Source: Candidatus Margulisiibacteriota bacterium
Lineage (GTDB): Bacteria > Margulisbacteria > Marinamargulisbacteria > JBFWNS01
Reading direction: 5' to 3'
Assembly (NCBI GenBank): GCA_050250935.1
Contig: JBFWNS010000004.1
Coordinates: forward strand, 64,001 to 128,000
DNA length: 64,000 bases
The notes under the pieces are model-generated. The model did not search any database. It was not told the DNA's origin and saw only the letters and a list, made by a program, of their open reading frames with translations. Below, piece after piece: positions 48,012 through 60,900 of the stretch. The position numbers were made by a program, and so were the translations under genes. Numbering within the stretch: position 1 is the first letter of the stretch; every line of letters starts with the position of its first letter.

Positions 48012-48950
48012 TTAGTCCCCCATCGCCAAGCGAATTTTTTCGGCTTCTGGCAAAGTAATAACCGCCTTAACCCTGGCCAAAACCTTCACATAGACATTGC
48101 GACGCTCCAACCGAACCCCATCGTGATGGGTCACGCGCTGGACCACGGCAGCAATCACCCCTTCTGGCACTTGGACGAGGACCTTCAAAAACCAAGTATC
48201 GTCTGGCAGTTTGGCTAAGGTGTCGATCAGGTGTTCACTGGCTGGGGATATGGCTTTTTGAATGGATTGAAACACTTTCAAAAAAGGTTCTACAAAATAC
48301 AAAAACTTCAGGAACTGGGTAAAAGCGACTGCGTCGCTCAATTCTGGCAACTGCCGTTGATACAAGGCCACCACCTGGCTTGCCAACTGCTCGACATCGT
48401 CTTGTTCGAACTGCTTTAGGGCCCGATGCCCTTCCAAAGCCGCATTTTCAACCGATAGTTTGGGGTCTTCAATGATATCCAAAATCCGGTGAATTTCGGG
48501 CTCTATCATTTTTTTAAGCACCCGCTCTTGGGGAATCAACACCCCACCCACCATTCGAAGGCGGTCGGACGACAACTTGCGCAACGGTTCGTAGAGGTCT
48601 TTGCGATGGGCATAGACGTGCATCAAAATCTCTTTTTGAAGGGGCTTGGCCGCTTTTTTAAACAGGGCCTCTAGCCAAGAAACCTCGTCCAGGCTCTCAA
48701 ACAACCCCAGGGTTTGAGGGTTTGAAAAACCTTTGACCATCGCCAAAAAATCGTCTTTGGACAACCCCGAAACCAAGGTATTGCGAAGGGCTGGGGCTTC
48801 GACGGTTAAAATCAGCTTCCCCATCACCGCCAAAGCCGGCTTGTCCAAAGGGCTTAACATGGCTTCTTGGACCAACCGTTTTTCGATCAGCCCAACCGCC
48901 ACCGCCATGTCTTCTTCACTAAACCCTTCTAAAATGGCGTCGTTGATCAT
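48012..48950 (-). CDS. Hypothetical all-helical protein coupled to the giant gene
   Basis: ATGA overlap with the giant ORF stop. Confidence 0.7.
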   Translation of the reverse strand: MINDAILEGFSEEDMAVAVGLIEKRLVQEAMLSPLDKPALAVMGKLILTVEAPALRNTLVSGLSKDDFLAMVKGFSNPQTLGLFESLDEVSWLEALFKKAAKPLQKEILMHVYAHRKDLYEPLRKLSSDRLRMVGGVLIPQERVLKKMIEPEIHRILDIIEDPKLSVENAALEGHRALKQFEQDDVEQLASQVVALYQRQLPELSDAVAFTQFLKFLYFVEPFLKVFQSIQKAISPASEHLIDTLAKLPDDTWFLKVLVQVPEGVIAAVVQRVTHHDGVRLERRNVYVKVLARVKAVITLPEAEKIRLAMGD

Positions 48951-51900
48951 GCCCTAGCCTCCACTTCGGCCAAACGGGTTAACAACAGTTTGAAACTTTG
49001 CAAAGTCCCAGATCCTTGTTGGAAACGGGCAATTTCGTTGGCAATGTCTTGGGTTTTTGCGGCACGATGCAACTGGGCAGCAGGGGCATGAACCGCCATG
49101 CGGGGATCTACTGGTGGCTTGCCATTGGCAAAATGGGCTTTAATGTCTGCATCGGCCATCAGGGCGGGCAAGGCCAACGGAGCTATCGCAGCAGCAGGGG
49201 GTGCAGCAGGGGCGCCATTAATTTTCACTTTTAGGGCTTCCAACGATTGGATCCTCGCGGCATTTTGAGCCCGAAGTGCAGCGGTCGTGGTTAAGGGCAC
49301 TAGAACCGCGTCGATGGCCAAAGTCATGTTGGCCCGTAAAGCAGGTTCTTGACCCAAGGCTGAAAGGGTTTGCAAGGCCCCTGCATCCAAAGTCAACACC
49401 GCTTGTATGGATTGATTCCAATCGTCTGGCAATTGGATGGGTTGCCCTGCTGCAGGAACAGGAATCGGCGTTAATGCATTGGCCACAAAATAGCCAAAGG
49501 TCGACGCCACGCCCCGAACGGCATCAACAACAGCTTGATCGGCACCAACGGCGCCAAGCGAAGTTGCCAGCGTGTTGCGTTCTGTAGCCGTCAGACTGGC
49601 CAAATCGGCAGGATGAGCCAGAAGCGATTGGGTAACAGCGGTTAAATTGTTTTGAGCAAACCCTGCATTGCCATGGGTTAGAGAAGCAATGTCATAGCGA
49701 ACACGCTGCAGCGCAGGGGTTCGCACAACCTGGGCAAGATCTGGTGGCAACTGAGCCAAAACTGCGGGGTCGGTGACCGGTATCGTTCCCGCCAGAACAT
49801 CTGCATGAAGCTGAGTCACAACCGCATGGTTGGGGATCTGGGGCATAATGGCCAGCTGTGCAGAAAGTTCTTGAACAACAGCTTGTTGAACCAGAGCGGG
49901 AACCGCTCCAGGAACAGCCAAGGCCGGCATGGCCAACGGCATACCAGCTGCAACTGCTGGCAGTACAGGAGGAGCAACCGATGCATTGAGCGCATCCAAA
50001 AACGTCCGCATATTGGCCGCAATAGCAGGATCATCCAAAGCAAAAGGAGCAGGTGGGGACAACTGAGCCTGCAATGCAAATGGACCGCCAGGCACATTGG
50101 GCATGACCGCTAAAATGTTGTTCCGTAGTTCGATTTCGGCATTACCGTTGCCATTTCTTGCATCAATATTGCGAATCTCGGTAAAGAAATTTGTTGGACT
50201 AGAAGCGACTGCAACCAACAATGCCTCCCGCCATTCGGGAACAATCGCAGCAGTAAGACCAGATTGGTCTGTAGCCGCAACACCCGCATAATAACCCAAG
50301 GCATCGGAAACAGTTGCAGCCTGAAGTCTCGTAACAGCCCCAAGCGGAACCGGCGAAGGGCTGGGTCGCGTTGGGGTAGTGATTTCGTCAACCAAAAACT
50401 GGCGCTGCTCGGCAGTCAGTTTTAAGGCTTCTTCGGGCTTGGCCAACACGCTGTTCACCAAGGCTTCAAAGCGACCCGGAGTATTCAAAAGTTCACCCCG
50501 ATTGGCCAAAGCCAGTTGCTCGGACGAATCCACGCTCCGAATTTGACCGGCTTGGCGATCGCTCAGAACAGCCAAATTCACACCGGTTCTACCGGCTAAT
50601 TTTTTGCTGAGTTCTCCTTCGAGACCATAATAAGACAGCAGTGCCAAACCTGCTTTATTGGCATCTTGATAGAGCGCTGCTGCTGCTCGATCGAAGGTTT
50701 GTCCAGAGGTATTCAAGGCCATATGAACTTGAATTTCGGCGGTTAATCGCCCTTGTTGAATGGCGTTTAGACCGGCTGGAGCAAGCAAAGCCGCAAAGCC
50801 AGTCTGACCCATAGCAGCCAAAGCTTTACGCTCCACCGGCGTGAAGCTGGCAGACGGAGCACCCAACCGAACCGCCATTGCCAGAGCCCCTGCTGGAGTT
50901 GCCAATTGGGTTAGGGTTTGGATAAAAGGCTTGGATTTTTCTGGCGCTTCGCCCATCAACTGAATGGCTGCCCGCATGGATTCTGGCGTAGCTCCTTGAA
51001 GCGCCAGTTGTCCTGCCACCCATTCGGCCTTGGAAAGACCTTGTTGATTGGCTTTTTCTTGAATGGTTTTTTGAAGCCGACCCATATGTGTGGCTGTCCC
51101 CGTATTTTTGTCCATGATCGTGGCTACAGCCAAAATGGTGGTTAACGATTGGCCTCTGGCAAACCGAGGGTCATCCAAGGCAAGACCCATTTCCAAAGAT
51201 TCTTTAACCGTAAGTTGTGCCAAAGCAGGCGGCGCAGCTGCCGTTAATTTTGCAGCACCAGATGCCCTATTACCCATATGTTGAGCTTGAACAGTTCCCA
51301 AATCCAAGCCTGTAAGTCGAACAAAGGCATTACGAACAGGTCCAAGAGGCAATTCTAGATTCACCATCGACTGCGGAAACTGGCTGACGATGCCCACCAA
51401 GGTTTCGGCATCCAAGGTGGTGGTTCCCCCAGTTGCCACTCGGGCCAATTCCGAACCCACCGTCCGTAGGATATCCTGGCACCGGTCGGCAATCACGGCT
51501 TTACTGTCTTTAAAGTCTTCCCGATCTCGGTCACCCAACTGGGACAAAATGGACTGACGAACCTTTGCAGAGATGGTTTTGTCGCTTAACATTTCAAGCG
51601 TATCAAAAGCCGAATACGACAGAACAAATCCCAAGAGTTTAACAGGGTCTTTTTGGAGCATTTTCTCCATAACCGCAGCCCGCATGCGGTGCGTATCCCC
51701 AGACGGATCGGTTTTGATGCGATCTTGAAGGAAATCCAAATAGCTAAATTCTGGGTCACGCCAAGCCCGTTGGGCTTCGCCAGCCGCTGTTGGAGAACTG
51801 GGACCAGAAGCGAAAGGAACCCGAGCAGGCATCACCAAGGCAGGTGATTGTTCCAGCATCAAGGCCATGTTGGCATTCAAACTTTCTTGACGACTCGTCT

Positions 51901-54900
51901 GCAGGGTCTGCAAGGCCTTAAACACGGTGTCTTGAACCCCGGCCTGATCGGCCTGACGGACAGAAGACAGTGGCCCTGCTTTGGCAGCCAACATCCCCAG
52001 CACATGCTGGGCAACACCAACAGAAGAAGGCGCAAACCGTGCAAGAATGGGATCAGCCCCCAGCTTTTGGGCCCAATCAAAGGAAACAGCACCCGATTGC
52101 ACATCCAAGCCTCGGGCCGTAACCTGACCTTGATCATCAAGCAACCCATTGGTTTTCAATAGGGCGACAAAAGCCTGAGATTCTTGAACCGAGGCACCTA
52201 AAGTATAAACCGGTGGGTTCGAGTTGATCACAACTGGCGCTCCAGGAAAAGGACTCGTTGAAGAAGTCCAACGCTGAATCGAATCAGCCGAAACGGGTTG
52301 CCCCAACAACGAGAAGCCACCCGCCGCGTTAAACGCTTCGGTTAGCTGATCCTCCACCAAATACCCGTTTTCATAGAGTTGGGCATAAGCATCTTCCAAC
52401 TTCAGCCCACTGGCTTCCAAAGATTGTCGGGTAGCGTCTGGCATTTGGGACCAGAACAATTGGGACCTGGCCGAAAAGGCCGAGTTGATTTGAGTTGCCA
52501 ACGCCTGTGCTCGAGCACGGGTTTGTGCTGGGGACAACCCTGGCAGATAGGCATGGGACATCATGTCTTGGGCCGTAACCCGACGTCTTGGGGTGCTATT
52601 GGGCTGAAGGATCGAATTGGGTTGCGTAAGGGTAAGCGGCAAGCCCGCTTTTGGAACCTTGCTGGCATACACCAAATTCAACCGTTCGACTATTTTCATC
52701 ACCTTGGGCTTTACAGCATTGTACTGGGCTGTGCCGGGGGCATTCCCATTCGCCAAAGCAGTGATTACAGTCGACAAAGCTGATGGCGCAGCATTAACAA
52801 TCAAGCGAGTATCAATCATCTGATTGGGTCTTAATTGATCATCCACCAATTGATGTGTTTTTAAAGCTTCTACAACGGCTTCGGCTGTAACCGGATCTCC
52901 ATTTTTATCAAAAGAAGCGTAATCCAAATAGTCTCTTAAGGCATTGTTGCGTTCTGCGTCTTCGTGGGCAATGGCATCGAAGGCAAAATCCACATCAATA
53001 CGGTGCTGCGTAGCCAATTGTTCCAAAGCGACAAAAACCACCCTGGAATGGGTTGGCTTTTTTCCAAGCAATATTTGCCGAAGGCCATTCTGAAGGGCAG
53101 AGGTGGGTGGTTTCTGATCAGCTCTTAACTGACCATCCCCAGCCGAAGAAATTTTTCTGACCAACATTCTGCCCAGATGTCGAATATTTCCGCGATAGGA
53201 CACATAAGAATCCGATAAAATTCGACCCAAGAAGGCCACCGTTTTAGCCGTATTGCCATCGCTTAGAACAGGGGTATTTTCCAAGCTTTGCATCACCACA
53301 TTAAACGCTGTCATTGGATCGTCGCCTTTAATTAAGGTTTTCATTTGATCGTCAAAGAGCTTGCGCAAGGCATCGGACACCGTGGTGCCAACCTGAAATT
53401 CTCTGGGTGAAGTTCGAGCTGCATGGGTAATTAATCCACTCAAAATGTCTTTATACTCTGGATTTTGAATCCAATTGCGTTCCGACTTCACGGCATGTCT
53501 GAAAGCCCGAATCATGATGCCGGCTTCTGGCCCAGAAGCTTCGCCAATATACGCCTGTAAAGCAGCCAATTTTTGTTCTTTGCTTAAGGTTGTGTCTTTT
53601 AGAAGCTCTTTAACAAAAACTTTGGCACGCCCCACATTTCGGTCCACTTCAGACAATCGGGTAAAGCGATTAATTCTGGCAGTTTTGGCATAGTGAGCCT
53701 GCAAATGTCGACTGATCGCAGACAATTGTTCTCTGGCTTTGGCAGAGGTTGGGGCCAATTGTGTCAAAATAGCTCGGTAATTCACCAACATCTGACGGTC
53801 GATCTGGCCATGCAAAACCATCTGACGCATCGTCGCTGCCATCCGATCCAACACATGGGCACCAGCCGAGTGAATTCGGGCCTCGACTTCGGGGCTGGTC
53901 GGTTCGGCAGAATCGGTTGTATCTGAACTTAAGGCAGACCCCAAAAGACCATTTTCCCCACCACTTAACATGGCACGGGTTGTAGCATCCAGTGGAAAGG
54001 CCTCTGCAGTTCCTGTTACACGATCAACGCTTCTTAAGCCTTCTAGCAAATCGGCTCTGGCACTGGGATAGGCTTGAACCAGCTGGGTGTCGCTTTCCAT
54101 ATTCGCTGTACCCGTAAACCTGCCATTGGCAAGTTGACTGATAGCCCTGGGATATGGAGCACCAACTGGAGCAGGAACGGGTGCTCCTGCAGGTTGAGCA
54201 GGTGGAGCCCCTAAAGCAACACCAACCATGGCACCTGCTGGAGCCCCAGCGGCTGCTTTTGCAGCTGCAGCAGCACGAAGTTGATTATTGGCATTTACAA
54301 GGCTAACCATGCGGCTCACGATCGTTTCTACAGCCTGAACCTGAGCCTGTGCCTGAGCTTGTGCTTGTGCCTGTTGAGCCGCTCCCAATGTCAAGACAAA
54401 TTGCTGTGTCAACCGTTGAACCTGCTGCTGTGAAATGGGAACGGTTTGCCAGACGGGCGGAGCACCTGCCTGCTGAACCTGCTGAATATACCCCATGGTA
54501 TTGCTCATATACGCGATAAAATCGGGATTCGTGACCACAGCCGCAAACACCCTTGGGTTATTGGTTTGCATTTTGGCAAGACTTCCTGCAAAAGCCGGAT
54601 CATCAAGCCCCCCAAATGCAATAGTCCCCAGTACCTGCGCATTTAAACCACCAGCTGGAACAGACCCAGAAAGCCGAATTAAATCAAAATACATCTCTGA
54701 ATTTAAATAGCCCTGATGCTGAGGGTATCGCAATGGTTGTGTTGCCAAACGTTGTGTAAAATCCAATACGACCAAGCCCATGGTCACCATCACCTCTTTG
54801 GGAACAGAAGTTGGGGCTCCAGTACCAAAGGCATGCATGGACCCCAGGAAGGTCAGGATTCCAGAATAAGACTGGGGATCCTCCGCCAATCGGGTTGTAA

Positions 54901-57900
54901 GGGCCAATACAATTTCGTTGCGGTGTGCCGAACCCGACAAAAAGGTTGGGCTTTCGAAAATCTGCTTCAAAATACGATCGGTATTAACATCATTTTGACC
55001 CTCCAAGGCCTTGGCCAACACATCCACAACCACAGCGGGTTGGGCTTCCAAAGCCGAAAGAAGTCCCAACGCCATATCGGGTTTTAAAGGCGAACCGGGA
55101 GCGGCGCGAAGAGCGGAAACCAAGGTATGGGTTAAACTACCTGGCACCAACGCTGGGGCTGTCAATTCGGATTGAATGGTGGTAGCAACATTGTTCAAAT
55201 GGGGGGCAATGGCCTGCATTTGGTGGGTGTCCTGGGCATGATTCAACACCGCAACCTGTTGGGCAGAGGGCAACAAAGACAGAAGATTAACGGGTGCTAA
55301 CTTGCTGTCTTTGGATAAATTCGCCAAAACCGAAACCAAAACCTGAGGAGATAAGGCTTGAATATCTGCCTGCCATGCCGCCACAACCGCCTGGGCTACG
55401 GGAGACCCCTGTTCGATATCCGCAGCCCTGAGTCGGTCGTTCAAATCGGCCGTAGACCGAATAGCCGTATTCCAAGTGCCATTATTACCCATGATGGTTT
55501 GTGGAAGCGGAATCGGAGGATTAAAGGCCGTAGGAATTTGAATAACAGCACTTCGAATGGCTGGCATTTGCATCAACTGGGCAGTGGCTTGGGTTCCCAA
55601 CGCACCCGAACTTGCCAATGACACAAACATACCAAAACTGGGTCTGGTCGATGGAATCGAACCAATATGATCCCGTAAAAGACGCGCTTGGAGCGGGGAA
55701 GACATCAATTGTCCCAAAACAATTTTGGCATTATCAATTTGAACCTGAGAAGCCCCATTTTTGTTTCCAGAAGCGTACTGAGCCAAAACAGCAAGCCAAG
55801 CTTTGGCTCGAACTGGATTGGTCTTACCCAACTGGTCCATCGTGGCAAAGAAAGTCAGGGAATCAGAAGTAGCGGGACCATAATTGGTCAGAAAGGCGCC
55901 TGCTGCCGTGGGAACGGAACCAGCCAAAGTGTTGGGTATAGCACCAGCCAAGACCACAATCCTCTGGGCTTCTGCAATACCCCGTTTTTGAATGATATCC
56001 AACACCAACCGAGCCTGAGCTTGACTTCCAGACGCTTCCCCAACCGCCGATTTAAAGGCCATATGTGCAGCAGCATCATAACCAACCTGAGTTGGGTCCA
56101 TGGTGGCCGCATTATAGGTTCCCAAAGCCGCCGTCAAACGGGGGTAATCCGCATCCAAAGCCCCGGTTTTTCGCAACACAAAGGACAACGTATCGTCTTG
56201 GAGCTGTGTTGGCACTTGCGCTTGTGGCACAACCAAGTTGACCCCATTCATTAAATCGGTCCAATATTGATCGATAGCCGCTGGGGCCGCACCCGCCGGT
56301 GGCGACGCCATGCCCAATAAATCGGCAGCTGCATCTGGCGCCGTTTGACGCATCGTATTCACCAAAGCAACTTGCGCTTGAACCGACATTTTAGCAAACA
56401 CAAACTTCGGCGAAACAGAGGTAGATACTTGTTCAAAAAAGGTTCGAAGGGCATCTGGACCCGCCCCTTGAAGCTGTGTAACCACCTGTTGGGTCATCAA
56501 GCCGCCCAGCAAGGTTTCTTGCTGATCCATGGGAATTCCACCCAATAAATTGGCAACCAAAGTTCCCAAATCGGGAACTCTGGCCATGTTGGAAAACAAA
56601 TTCCCAACTTTTCCAGGATCCTGGGTAATGGCTGTCAGCAAAGCGGTTTTGGCTTTGGCATCCAGACCGGCTTCTTTGCCATTGCCCACCAAGATTTCTC
56701 GGGCCAAAGCCACTTGAAGATAGCCTTTGGTGGTATTCACCAAGTTCAACCGATGAGGATCAAAGACCCCTTTGGTTTGGGCCAATTCAAAAAAGGCCAT
56801 CATGGTATTGATTTGTGCAGCACCTGATCCCTCGGCCTTAAGCGCCTTGTCGTAGGCCGCCTTAAAGGCTGGATCTTTATATCGATCGGGATTCGACGAA
56901 TAATGCGCCACCAATTGCCCACGCAATTTGGCCAAATGTCCCAAATAGGCTTTTTCGCCACTGCCCTTCATAACGGCCCTTAACACTTTTTGGGCCAGGT
57001 TGCTCATTTCGGTTAGGCCATCTTGCTGCTTGGCTTGAACATCCAGCATTTGCTGTTTAACCGCCAAGCCCACCTGGGTGGACAGGGTTGGACGACCCGC
57101 CATGCGGTCCATTTCGATGTCGGCATGCAATTGTTCGAGCTTGGCAGAGCCCGCCGCTAAATCGGCAGCACTCAAACTAGAATGCCCCAAAATGGTGCCC
57201 AAGAACGTTACATCGTGTTGCATTACCCCCACCAAAGACTTCAGCTCTGCCAAACTCAAACCGACCATGGCACCAGTCAAAATGGTCTGAGCATTTCGAA
57301 CGTTTGCAGGGTGTTGCAACGCATCTAAAACAAGGCTGACAACATTGCCAGCCGCATGCCTTTGTAAGTTTGAAATCACCCGCAGCTTAGCCTGTGCTTC
57401 GGGAGAAACTTGGGCAGAAGCCCCCAACACTTGCAAAGGAACAACCCCAGGAAAAGAAACTTGATAGGCGGCCAACCCAGCTTGCGAAGAAACAATAGCA
57501 GACAACCGAACAAAAGCATCGGGATTGGTTTGATGCAACTGATTCACAAACGATGGATCCACCAATGCCGTCCAATCGGCACCCGTCATGGCCGCCAATG
57601 TGGCTTGAGAAGGGGGGAAATCGGATCCCAATTTTTGAAGCGCTGCAGTTCCAGCCTCGCCTACGACAAACCGATTGGCAATGTCCCGTGCCAAAGCTGG
57701 AAGCCCGGGAAGTGCCGCAAGAGCAGAAAACGTGGTTGGTGTAGGCGTTGGTAAAGCAAATTGAACCGCTGTCAAAGCTGCGGTCACATCTTCCAATTTC
57801 ACCGCCCTACCCTCTGAAGACAAAATATCCAAGCTCTCCAAGGTTGGGGGTGTCTGTTTTTCAACCGTATCCACAAGGGCTGTGGTGTTTAATCCGATGT

Positions 57901-60900
57901 TTTGGGTTTTGTTAAAGGCCAGAAGGGTTTTAACCTCGGACAGCACCGCCGCTCGAATCGCAAGATTAGGAGAAGACAATAGCCGTTGGGCCATCGTCAT
58001 TTTCTCGGCCAACTGGGCTCGGGTTGTTCCAGCGGGTACGGCCAACATGTCTGGAATCAGATTGACTACGGTTAAAGTCCCCCCTGCCTGATTCATTGGA
58101 ACACGGAGTCCTACAAGGTTTCCTAATTGCTTGTTCGAAGCCACAACCAAAAAGTCGCCCAAGGCTTTGGCTTGAAGCGCTTGGATCTGAAGATTCACTG
58201 CACCACCATGTGCCAAGGAAAAAGCCGCCAATCCCGCCAAACTTCGCAATTGCTGAAACTGAGCCGAGGTCATGTCTTTGGCCTCGGTTTCGATGGCTGC
58301 ATACAAATTTTGAACCTGTGCCACATTTGGGGAGGCCCCCACAGCAGCCAAGGCACGCGAAACACCAACCGGAATGGTGGTCAAGGTTCGCCGAAGGGTT
58401 GCCAAATCTTGAGCAAAATCTTGATAAGCCCCTTGGCCCGTTTCTAAATGACGGAACGCTTTAGCCGCAATGGCCGAAGTCGCCGCCTGCAAATGACGCC
58501 GCTCGGCATCGGAGCTGATTTTTTCTCTGGACGCATCCGACACCTGAGCCTGCAAAGTTTGGGCCTGATTTCGGAGGGTTAAAATCGCCAACAAGGTGTC
58601 TAAAGCCGGCGTTGATTGTTGGGGTCGTGCACCTTGGAGGGCATTCAAGGCCAATTGAAGGTCGGGCAAATCGGCAGCCTGAAGGGTAGCATTGTTCACC
58701 AAGGTCAAAAGAGCCGAAACTGTTCTTCCCCCAGGGCGCACTAGACTTTGAAGTACGCCATGCCCACTGCCCAAAACAGCCCCCAACTGTCCATTTAAAG
58801 ACGTTAAGGAATCATTCATTTCAGCTGTCGTGTCGTCAACGACGCCCTTGGACAATTGCAACAAGTTAATCAGGGCACCCGAACTTAAGTTCGAACTCAC
58901 TTGGGTTTGAATGCTGCTAAACAAGGTCGATGCCATCACGGGATTAATGGTTCGTAAATCGCTGATCAACGCCACAGCTTCTGTGGGGTTATCCAAGGCC
59001 ATTTCCCTAAATAAGGTTTGGGCTTCTTTGGAATTGCCACGGGTATTAAAGAACCCAACAGCCTCGTTGCGGGTGGCCACAGAACTTAATAAACGCGCAG
59101 CGGGTTGATACAAAGCCGAGGTATAGGTTGTGGTGATTTTCTCGGCTAATTTTTTCAAATCCCCATTCGAGGGCGATGCCTTGACCACTTTTTCCATGGC
59201 CTTAACCACATCCACCCGAGAAGCCACCGTTCGGGACGAATTTAAAGCCGTAATGGCCGAAACAAAATCCGTTGCAAAACGATCTTGAACCGATTCAGAT
59301 TGCGTGGCCACCAAAGACAACAAATGGCCCACCGCAGCCGAGTTTAAAAACACCCCTTGGGCAATGGCCGCTGCCAATTTTCGACGGGTTTCGTCGTCCA
59401 ACAACACTTGGCGCAACGTGGCGCCGTTGGACAACTCCACACCCAAACGATCTAAATTACGGTCTTTTCGATCAACCACTTCGGCGGGGGTTTCGTCTTT
59501 TTGTTGCCCAGGAGCAAGCGGAGCCTGAACTTGGGGAACATAGGCGGTCAAAAACCGTTGAAAGACCTTCAAATGAGACAAAGGCGCCTGCCCTGGTTGG
59601 ACTGCTTGAGTGACCCCAACCGAAGTTGTCACCCGGCTAACAACATCATCAATTTTTTTAGAAACCTGATCCAATGTTCCCAATTCGTATAACGCCCTTG
59701 CCACTTTATCTTGAATGGACCTAGAAGCATTCGTTTGAGCCAAGCGCTTTAAGAAACGGTCAACATCTTCGGCACGTCCTTGATCCACAGCATCGCTGAT
59801 TAAATTGGCCAATTTGAATTCAGACTGGGCCAGTATACGAAGATCGTTGGCTTGCAGTTCGCGGGTCTCTGAAGAGCGAAACACCTGTTCCACATCCGTG
59901 GCCGAAGGCGTCGACAAGACCGTATCCGACAAATCCCCTTCTATAACTTTATCGGCCAAAGCGGCAACAGCATCCAGATGTTTCCGTTGAGAATCGTAAT
60001 ACTGTTGAAGGGGGCGAGGCAAATCCGCCTTTGGAATCCCACGACTAACCGCAACCGACGTTAGTCTTTCAATGGCCTTTTGAGCGGTTTGGCGTTGCTG
60101 GACTTGTTGAGGAGTTAAGGGTGCTGCTGCAGTTGCAGGATCCAAATCATCAATGGTTGATTGCAAGGCCTGTGCCGTGCTTTCAAGCAATCGAGCATTA
60201 TTTACAAAAGCAGATCCAGCCAAATCGTCATCGCTAAGACTGGCGATAAGCTCAGCTTTGCTCTCTCTATCCATTCTATTCATTTGAGATTCAGACCGAG
60301 CAAGCAATGCAGTTTGAGAAGCCCTCAAATGACGTTGATCTGCATTTTCAGACCCACGTCGAATGTTGTTCACCACCGATTTCATGACCCGTAATGGGGT
60401 TTGAACCAAGCCTTTTAATCCACCAACCAAAAACGCACCAAACGCTTTAAGGCCAGCAGCAAACTTCCTGGCACCCTTGGTTCTCGGATTTCCATTATTA
60501 ATCCAAGCTTGAGAATCGGCATACGACTTTCTGGCTGCTTGAACCCCACCATAAAAGAAACCACCCACAGCAGCGAAAGGTGCTGCAACAACGCCCCCAA
60601 TCAATTTTCCAATATTCAGAAGCTTAGAGCCCACATTTTTAAGCCCACGACCCACAGCCAGAGCCCCATCTCGAACCGCTTGTCTGGCAGTTCCAGAACC
60701 CTGTTGTCGGGTCTCGAAGAAATATTTGGAATCAAATTCCAAATCCAATTTAGAATCGCTAAACAGATAGGTATTTAAAAGCCCGAAAGAAAGGGTATTT
60801 ACAACTGTTCTGGCAGCACCTTGAGGCGGGGTAGCCCCGGTAACAATAGAATTTCTATTCAACGTTCCAGACACAGCACCCGACACCACTTCCCGAAGTG

